From: Candidatus Sumerlaeales bacterium
Lineage (GTDB): Bacteria > Sumerlaeota > Sumerlaeia > Sumerlaeales > Sumerlaeaceae
Direction of reading: 5' to 3'
Assembly (NCBI GenBank): GCA_038243585.1
Contig: JBBSQY010000004.1
Coordinates: forward strand, 1-64,000
DNA: 64,000 nt
Each line of letters begins with the position of its first letter. The stretch's first letter is position 1. The notes below the pieces were generated by a model. That model did not search any database. It was given only the letters and a program-made list of their open reading frames with translations, and had not been told where the DNA came from. Shown piece by piece: positions 57,064 to 64,000 of the stretch. The position numbers were made by a program, and so were the translations under genes.

Positions 57064-58390
57064 GAGGGCTGCCAGTGCGGAGAATGGCAGCGAGTTCCGC
57101 GGTCTGGCGCTGACGCGTGTAAGTCTGGATGAGAGCTTCATTTCGGCGGAGCTGGAGACGGCCCAGAAATAGCTCGAACAGGGTTTCCTTGATACGAAAC
57201 ACGTTGTCCGGGTGGATGACGACGCCGGCGCCGGTATTGCGGACAAGATCGGCCAGGGCTCCGGGAGGGGCGATGGCCAGGATGGGTTTTCCGGTAGCGA
57301 GATATTCGAAAATCTTCTGGGTGAGCATGATGTGGCCGTTAGGTTTTTCGCCTTCCAGCACAAGAAGGACGTCGGCGCTTTTCTGAAGGGCGAGAGCTTC
57401 TTTCCAGGTACCCATGCCCCAGTTGGAAACGATCGGGTAAAGATCGAGGTCGCGGATCATCTCGGTGTGTTCCGGTTTAAAATTGCTGCGGAAAATGATT
57501 TCGATATTGTCCTGAAGCCCTGGGTAGCAATCCAGAAGACCGCGGATTGCAGCGAAAAAGCTGTCGGGGGAGCGCTGCATAAACATGGTTCCGGTGTAGG
57601 CCATGCGGAATTTTTCAGTGGGCAGGTCAGGAATGTCGCTCAGGTCCGTCGGATCGAAGCCGTTGGGAAGGGTGGTGACGTTGGGGCGCCCGGAGAGCGC
57701 GGAGAAGTAGTCGGCGATGGGGGCGCTAACGGCGGTGATGGTGTCGGCGTGGAGCGCAACCTGGCGCTCGAGGTGAGCGTTAAGACGGCGATGGGCCGGT
57801 GTGATATAGTCAGCGAAATAGGGGTTCTGGGTCCAGCCATCCCGGAAGTCGGCGTGCCAGTGGATGTTGTAACGGCGCTTGAGATAAAGGCCGATAAGGT
57901 GGGTTGAGTTCGGGTACGATGAAGTGAAGACGTAACGAACGGCCTGGCTGCGGATGATCTGTTCTGCGGCGGGGATAGCAGTAGCCAGCCACGGAAAGCG
58001 GTCATCGGGCAGGGCGAGGATGCGGCGGGCCGTGGTCGCGGCGCTGCCGAGCATGCGCATGCGAGTAGACTGAACGGTGCGGGGCGATGCTGGTTTGTCT
58101 GCAGCGGCCAGATCCAATTTGCTGCGCAGGCTGCGCATGGGGGCGAGGAGGGGATGGGCGGCAGCCTGAAGCTGATCAAGGTCGGGGCTATGGGTGCGCC
58201 AGATGCGGCAGTTTTGCGAATCAATTTCGTTTAGGGCGTCGTAATCTAGGGTGCTGTGTCCGGCGGGGGAGGCAGCGAGGATCAGAGGGGTGAAGCCGGA
58301 TTCGGGCAAATAACGGGCAAATTTTATAATACGCCGCACTCCGGCAAGAGTCGGCGGGAAATCATGATTGATGAGTAGAATGCGGTCCAT
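57056..58390 (-). CDS. Glycosyltransferase family 4
   Basis: FPP...GV.R..KF, PD....W, DFRD.W..NP, PNGFD, YTG, K.FEYLA.GKPI. Confidence 0.9.
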   Translation of the reverse strand: MDRILLINHDFPPTLAGVRRIIKFARYLPESGFTPLILAASPAGHSTLDYDALNEIDSQNCRIWRTHSPDLDQLQAAAHPLLAPMRSLRSKLDLAAADKPASPRTVQSTRMRMLGSAATTARRILALPDDRFPWLATAIPAAEQIIRSQAVRYVFTSSYPNSTHLIGLYLKRRYNIHWHADFRDGWTQNPYFADYITPAHRRLNAHLERQVALHADTITAVSAPIADYFSALSGRPNVTTLPNGFDPTDLSDIPDLPTEKFRMAYTGTMFMQRSPDSFFAAIRGLLDCYPGLQDNIEIIFRSNFKPEHTEMIRDLDLYPIVSNWGMGTWKEALALQKSADVLLVLEGEKPNGHIMLTQKIFEYLATGKPILAIAPPGALADLVRNTGAGVVIHPDNVFRIKETLFELFLGRLQLRRNEALIQTYTRQRQTAELAAILRTGSPHG

Positions 58391-58489
58391 TAAAAGTGTT
58401 TTGATGCAGGCGCAGAAGTTAAAGTTAGAAAATCAGGCGAAACGCCCATTCTGTTTTGTCGTCGGACAACCGGAGCGGATGGTTGCATT

Positions 58490-59628
58490 TTATCGTTCGC
58501 CGAAGAGCATGGTGAAATCTTGTTCCGTCATAATCGGATGGCTGGCCAATTCCAGGTTTTGCTTTACGTGGGCCGGAGTGCTCATGCCTACAAGGGCGCT
58601 TGCGACTTCGGGTATACTGCGGGCAAATTGAATGGCCCGGGCAGCATCGTCAGGAAACCCTGTGATGGCCTGACGCAGAGTAGCCGGAAGGTTTTTTGCC
58701 AGCCCTTTCTGTAAAAGTGACGCGCTGCCGACTACAGAAATATTTAAGGCGCGGGCGGCTTCCAGAAAAGTCATTTGGCGTCTCCGACTTTCTGATTGGA
58801 GACTGTTAGGGCGTCGGTCATTACAAGGTTAATGGGCATCTCCACTACGCGAAAACAGTGGTTTTCGCCCCCGGCCCGTCGGGCTACTTCAACCAGACGT
58901 TCCAACTGCATAAGCTGACCCGTGCCCTGAGCATCAAGAAATCCATCCCAGGTGGCAACGCCATAAACGCTGGTCTTATCTTCCTGAACCGCGTTCTCCA
59001 GCGCACGAAAAGCCATTTCTACCGCATCATAAAATCGCGGCTCGTTCATGTCACCCATCTGGGTTTCCGGGTTATGAAGGTAGTAAATGTCGACTTTTTC
59101 AACATTTAGGTTTTTCAGGCTTTGATTCAGCTGATGATACAGATACATCGGCGCCATGCAGTGACCGCTGGAATGGATTTCATCCGGGGTGATTACCCCT
59201 TTTACCAGCAAGTTGTCTTCTATCCACTCATACGGGTCAGTGGGATAGGTCGAGTCGAACGGGATAAATCCGCCTTTTGTACATAGGATAACCTCATCGC
59301 GAGGAAACCCCTGAGCGATCAATTTCCCAAGCGCGGTTCCGATCGCGCGTTCGCTTCTTTGATATCGATAATTGATGGCAGTATCGATAACGTTGCACCC
59401 CAGGGATACAGCGTCAATCACGCACTGGGTATAGCGCGCATCGGTTTCGTCGGTCGGTTCGCCAAGGTAGGTCCCAATCCCGATAGACGAAAACACCAGG
59501 TCCATAGCAAGGCGGAAGTGTCCCGGGTGGAGCTCTGCGTGCTTCTCTGCATAACGCTCTGTACCTTGTAGGGTAGCGCATCCGGGAACCGGAGAAGACT
59601 GGGCGGGTAAATTCGTATGAGTTGACAT
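58490..59628 (-). pseudogene. Aldo/keto reductase split into two frames (58771..59628 and 58490..58774)
   Basis: GIGTYLG, IDTAINYR..RSE, TKGG, YYLHNPE in part 1; the AKR C-terminus (SASLLQ, AIQFARS.P.V..ALVGM...HV..N) in part 2. Junction GCC AAA TGA CTT. Confidence 0.65.
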
Positions 59629-59670
59629 TTATAGAGCTACTTTTAGTTCGGTCAGTGAGGGCTACGCAAT

Positions 59671-59706
59671 AAAAAATCGCCCGCCTTATTGCTTAAGGCG
59701 GGCGAT
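59671..59706 (-). terminator. Intrinsic terminator downstream of rplY
   Basis: ATCGCCCGCCTTA...TAAGGCGGGCGAT stem with an A-tract. Confidence 0.8.
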
Positions 59707-59777
59707 GTCGTTGGAATGATGTTCCTGGAATGTTAATCAACCCGGTTACAAATAAAAAACCGGGCGATTGGCCTGAT

Positions 59778-60422
59778 TTATTTCTCTTCAGCAGGCTTGC
59801 CGATAACTTCCGGCTGTTCTGGGGTTTCGGCTGCGGTCTCTGCTGCTGTGGCGGCTCTCATCACGTGGACCGCAAACAGAGTTTCCTGTGGCTCAGTGAT
59901 GATTGTCACATTTTCAGGGACTTTGATGTCGCTGACATGAAGGCTTTCGTTGATTGGCAGGGCCGAGATGTCGACGTCGATCGATTCCGGCAGGTTGCCC
60001 GGCAGACAACGGACGACGATCATGCGAAGATGCGTTTCGAGCAGACCGCCTTCGCGAACGCCAATCGGGGTGCCGACGGAATGAATTGGCACTTCAAATT
60101 CAGCTTCCTGATCCATGCGGACGTGCAGAAGATCGACGTGGAGGTAGCGACGTGTCAGCGGGTCGCGCTGCAACTCACGGATAACCGCGGTTACATTGCT
60201 GCCTGCTGCTTCGCCCGCCAGGTGAAACAGGTTCGTTTCCGCATTGGCCTTGGACATGGCCTTTTCAAGTTCACGGTAATTGAGGGAGACCATCTTCGGC
60301 TCGTGGCCGGTGCCGTAGATGATTGCCGGTACTAGACCGGTGGAGCGGAGGCGACGGTTTGGTCCTTTTCCAGTTTCGGTGCGACCGGAGACTGTGAGGG
60401 TGTCCATTTCTGGTTTTGCCAT
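59778..60422 (-). CDS. rplY: 50S ribosomal protein L25 / general stress protein Ctc
   Basis: R...GKG..RRLR..G.VPAIIYG, Q.DP.....HVD, G.P.GVREGG, P..LP..I.VD. Start at MAKPEM. Confidence 0.95.
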   Translation of the reverse strand: MAKPEMDTLTVSGRTETGKGPNRRLRSTGLVPAIIYGTGHEPKMVSLNYRELEKAMSKANAETNLFHLAGEAAGSNVTAVIRELQRDPLTRRYLHVDLLHVRMDQEAEFEVPIHSVGTPIGVREGGLLETHLRMIVVRCLPGNLPESIDVDISALPINESLHVSDIKVPENVTIITEPQETLFAVHVMRAATAAETAAETPEQPEVIGKPAEEK

Positions 60423-60705
60423 TTTACTGTTCCTTGAATAGAGTCGCCTGGTATGCAACCGGCCATGCAAAGCATCGCCTGGGCTGTTGCAGACGCCGTG
60501 TGGGAGACAACTCGCGCGGGGATGGTATTCTGAGGCTTGTGCAATGCTCCTTATTTGGCGGAGACTCATTCGCAGAGAAATTTTGACACACCAGCATGAA
60601 AAGAAGCAAGAGCCGAAGTAAGATAACTTTAATAAAACGGATTATGATTTGGGTGAGATTTTTTGTGTTGCTGGCATTTGATGGCTGGTTTTAACACAAG
60701 TCGCT

Positions 60706-62433
60706 ATGACTGATACTAAAACCTTTTCCAATAAAGTGTGGTGGCTTCTTGCTGTTCTGTGGTTTGCCGCGTGGCATCTTTGCTTCACGTGGGATGCCTG
60801 GAGAGACCCTCTGCACCAGGTACCGGGTTCTATTGGCGACAATACGGTTATGCTCTGGAACCTTGGCTGGGTGAATTATGCTCTGAACCACGGTAGCCCC
60901 GGCTTCTGGTTTACCAATGCGTATTTTCCAGACGGGTTCCTGTTTTTGTATGGCACTCATACCTGGCTTGACGGAGTGCTTTACTGGCTGTCTTCGCCGC
61001 TTTTGCCGGGCGGTTATCCGGGAACGATCTTGTGGGCGAACCTGAATCTGCTGATGGCCACAACAGCGACGGGATTACTGGTCATCGCCGCCTTAAGGGC
61101 TTGGGGTGTTCGTCAGTGGCCGGTCCTGATGCTTGCGGCGTCGGCGGTTGCTTTTTCCTGGTTTCGGATGTTTGCCTTAACCGGGCATTATCACTTTTTC
61201 GGAACCCACTGGATGTTGCTGTCGCTATGGATGGTCTCGCGGGGAATGCAGACCAGGCTGCAGGGTGGGCGGGAAATGGGATTGGTTTGCGCTGCCGGAT
61301 TTTTTCTCGGTTTAGCCTTTTTAAACGACCAGACAATGGCTGTTTTCGCTGGAATACTGGGAGGGTTTACATTGGTTTCCATGACCCTGACAGAGCAAAA
61401 CCACCGCTGGCGGACTCTGTTTTTAAACTGCTCCATTTTCTATATATCCGCTCTTTTGGTCGCCGCGATTCACCTTGTTCCCGTGGCTCTAGCCATTTGG
61501 GATGGGAGGATGGAGTATTCCGTCGATAGAGAAGGCTTGAGATTGGTGGACGCGAGCAGCCTGGTGATGCCTCCGGACAGACACTTTATTGGCCGCAGCC
61601 TGGTCGAAGTCAGGCAGAGGCACGGCCTGACCTGGAGCGAAGGCACTTATCTGGGGCTTGTTCCGATAATCTTTCTGGGGCTATCGTCGGTGGCGTCAGT
61701 TCGGTACGTGTTCCAGAAAAAGACTGAGAGGGATTCCCGGCTGCGCGTGGTTTTATACGCGACAATCGCCGCATGGGTATTTATCATTTTTGCACTGGGC
61801 GACGTGTTGGTTGTTGGGCGAGAGCATTTCAGCAGTCTACCGGGACGGCTATTAAAGCTGATTCCAGTATTAAATAATATACGACTGCCTCAGCGTTGGG
61901 TGTGGCCAGCGCATCTGTGCATTGCCCTGTCCGGTGCAACAATCGTAAGCCAGCTGATTTCTCGCCGGAAAAACCAACTCGTTGCTTGGGCGCCGCTGGC
62001 GCTGGCATTTTTGCCGGGTATCGAAGGACTCAAATTCCCCCCGCCCGGTCCGACAAATTATCTGCACCATCCCTCTATTCGACTGCCAGGTCTTGTTCAG
62101 GCAGTTAAGCAGCATTATAAGCACGGCGGGGTACTGGTTATGCCGGTGGAAAAGTATTATACCCACAGCCATATCCTGCAGCTTTTGTGGGGCTATGGAA
62201 TTCCCTCAACCATCACCTACAGTGCCCGGATGCCGTTTGCGCCGACAGATGTGCCTTGGGACGATGGGGCATGGACGCCGGAATCGGCGCAGTGGCTAAG
62301 AGAAAAACAGGTATCGATCGTCGTGTTTTCGTTTCACGAAGGCAAGGTGGAAGAATATCAGCCATGGATTCGAGAGGCCAAAAGATCTATTCCGGGCTTA
62401 TTGGTGCTAAACAAGAACGGGACAGAAATATAA
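60706..62433 (+). CDS. Polytopic membrane protein, GT-C/YfhO-like glycosyltransferase
   Basis: GD.....WNL.W, F.T...FP.G, E...YLG, P.....R.P.RW; many TM helices. Confidence 0.65.
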   Translation: MTDTKTFSNKVWWLLAVLWFAAWHLCFTWDAWRDPLHQVPGSIGDNTVMLWNLGWVNYALNHGSPGFWFTNAYFPDGFLFLYGTHTWLDGVLYWLSSPLLPGGYPGTILWANLNLLMATTATGLLVIAALRAWGVRQWPVLMLAASAVAFSWFRMFALTGHYHFFGTHWMLLSLWMVSRGMQTRLQGGREMGLVCAAGFFLGLAFLNDQTMAVFAGILGGFTLVSMTLTEQNHRWRTLFLNCSIFYISALLVAAIHLVPVALAIWDGRMEYSVDREGLRLVDASSLVMPPDRHFIGRSLVEVRQRHGLTWSEGTYLGLVPIIFLGLSSVASVRYVFQKKTERDSRLRVVLYATIAAWVFIIFALGDVLVVGREHFSSLPGRLLKLIPVLNNIRLPQRWVWPAHLCIALSGATIVSQLISRRKNQLVAWAPLALAFLPGIEGLKFPPPGPTNYLHHPSIRLPGLVQAVKQHYKHGGVLVMPVEKYYTHSHILQLLWGYGIPSTITYSARMPFAPTDVPWDDGAWTPESAQWLREKQVSIVVFSFHEGKVEEYQPWIREAKRSIPGLLVLNKNGTEI

Positions 62434-62504
62434 TAGAAATTAGCCAGGGCGATACGCCAGGGTCATCTACGATTCGGATATTGGATGGACTTGGGGGATA
62501 TAAT

Positions 62505-63494
62505 TTAAACCCCGTCGCCGTCCTGGCCGATTTGCTCTTCTTCTTCTACTTTCTCTTCATGTTTCACGAACATCAAACTGGCTACAACCGATACAGTAAG
62601 AATGGCAGCGATGACACCCAGAGAAATACCGATGGGAATTTTGTAAGCCGAGTGTCCGAGAAGCATCTTCACACCCACAAAACATAGCACAAGCGCGAGG
62701 CCATACTTGAGATAGCGAAACATGTCCATTACGCCGGCCAGCAGGAAATAAAGCGCTCGCAGACCCAGGATCGCAAACACGTTTGATGTGTAAACAATGA
62801 AAGGATCATCCGTGACGGCAAATACGGCCGGTATGGAATCTATGGCGAATAGAACATCGGTGGTCTCCACAACCAGAAGCACAATAAAAAGGGTCGTAAC
62901 GTAATTTTTCCCATTAATCTTTACGAAGAACTTCTGGCCGTGGTCGCCCTCTGCTACCGGCAGTAAACGCCTTGCAAGGCGATAAACCATCCCTGTGGAT
63001 GGATCGTCGTTCTCCGGATTATGGACGGCCATTTTAATACCAGTGACGATAAGCAGGACACCGAACACATATAGCACCCAGTCGAATCGGGCAAGCAGAA
63101 CCGCTCCGGCCGCGATCATGGCACCGCGCAGGACAAGGGCACCTAATATGCCCCAGAACAGTAATCGGTGCTGATACTGGGGGGCGACGTTGAAGTAAGT
63201 AAACAGCATGATAAACACGAAGATATTATCGACGCTCAGGGATTTTTCCAGGAGATACCCTGCCAGAAACTCATTTCCAATCTGCCGCCCATGAGAATAA
63301 TAAAGCCATCCATTGAAGCACAAAGACAGAGTTATCCAAAATATAGACCAGCCCAAGGCTTCGCGGAATCTGATGACATGGGCTTTCCTGTTAAAAACTC
63401 CCAGGTCCAAAGCCAGCATGGCGAGTACAAAAAGATTAAATACGACCCAGGCCGTGGTTGAAAACGTGTCGCCGAGAACGGTTGCTGTATTCAA
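62505..63494 (-). CDS. TerC/Alx family membrane protein
   Basis: LALDLG, GYLLEKSLSVDNIFVF, QHR.LFWGILGALVLR, D..FA.DSIPA, TSNVFAILGLR. Confidence 0.94.
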   Translation of the reverse strand: MNTATVLGDTFSTTAWVVFNLFVLAMLALDLGVFNRKAHVIRFREALGWSIFWITLSLCFNGWLYYSHGRQIGNEFLAGYLLEKSLSVDNIFVFIMLFTYFNVAPQYQHRLLFWGILGALVLRGAMIAAGAVLLARFDWVLYVFGVLLIVTGIKMAVHNPENDDPSTGMVYRLARRLLPVAEGDHGQKFFVKINGKNYVTTLFIVLLVVETTDVLFAIDSIPAVFAVTDDPFIVYTSNVFAILGLRALYFLLAGVMDMFRYLKYGLALVLCFVGVKMLLGHSAYKIPIGISLGVIAAILTVSVVASLMFVKHEEKVEEEEQIGQDGDGV

Positions 63495-63574
63495 AGGATT
63501 GCTTTCTGCTTCGATATGATAGATATTTGAAGGGTCGAATTATATAACGCAGGGTCATGGGCAAATACGATTAC

Positions 63575-64000
63575 TTAACCAACTATAAGGGCGTTTAGCA
63601 AATCGGCCTGTATTTTCTTCATGGCTACAGCGCGGTGGCTGATCGAATTTTTTTCTGTCGCGGGTAGCTCAGCCAGGGTGCTTTCTGTGTCTCCGACAAG
63701 GAATACAGGGTCGTAGCCGAATCCATGGCTTCCTTTCGGAAAATGCGCGATGCGGCCTTCCAGCGTACCAGTCTGTTCAATGTATTTTCCGCCGGGCAGC
63801 GCTACACACAGGGCGCACTCGAAGCGGGCTGTCCGCAGCGGCGGAGGCACGTCGTCCAGCTCAGAAATTAATTTCGAGATGCGAAGCGCTTCTGTTTCGG
63901 CATATCGGGCGGAATAAACGCCGGGGCGTCCGCCCAACGCATCAACCACAAGGCCGGAATCGTCGGCGAGTGAAATCAACCCCGTCCGGCTGCAATAGTA
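63575..64000 (-). CDS. rdgB: Non-canonical purine NTP pyrophosphatase RdgB/HAM1 (partial, 5' end beyond window)
   Basis: LADDSGL.VDAL.G.PGVYSARYA, GFGYDPVF, KN.ISHR. Confidence 0.93.
   Translation of the reverse strand, partial: YYCSRTGLISLADDSGLVVDALGGRPGVYSARYAETEALRISKLISELDDVPPPLRTARFECALCVALPGGKYIEQTGTLEGRIAHFPKGSHGFGYDPVFLVGDTESTLAELPATEKNSISHRAVAMKKIQADLLNALIVG

Noticed and set aside
60423..60530. Possible structured leader upstream of rplY
   Set aside because: It is GC-rich and could fold, but I could not identify a defined motif without comparative data.
63495..63574. Expected yybP-ykoY (Mn) riboswitch upstream of terC
   Set aside because: The spacer is short and AT-rich, with no recognisable aptamer motifs.

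Overview
Bacterial chromosomal window, mostly housekeeping and envelope genes with a few accessory islets. The lineage is probably Candidatus Sumerlaeota (BRC1) or a relative. This is inferred from the FTLIELLIVVAIIAILAAIAVPNFLEAQTRAK pilin-like family and the C-terminal V-x-[DQ]-W-x-x-Y tails. Core genes include rpsG, rplM-rpsI, rplY, alaS, leuA (Leu T-box), thiC (TPP riboswitch), bioU, pfkA, recD2, ruvX, yebC, tatD and rdgB. Most notable observations: (1) a WYL regulator is followed, via a palindromic operator-like site, by a 275-aa gene that by eye resembles a Cas3 reduced to a degenerate RecA2 domain plus C-terminal domain, with no cas genes or array in the window; (2) a cell-envelope glycosylation island (ArnT-phosphoesterase fusion, GT2, DedA, PepSY-like, OmpR/HK) whose promoters share an 11-bp-period GTAATCTT box; (3) an AbiF HEPN gene with an upstream RNA hairpin, next to a RAYT transposase with five GGAG-type REPs; (4) an orphan rpsG; (5) a very acidic insertion of about 118 aa in AlaRS; (6) a phage terminase C-terminus at the left edge. 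All family assignments are motif recognition by eye. No database searches were run.
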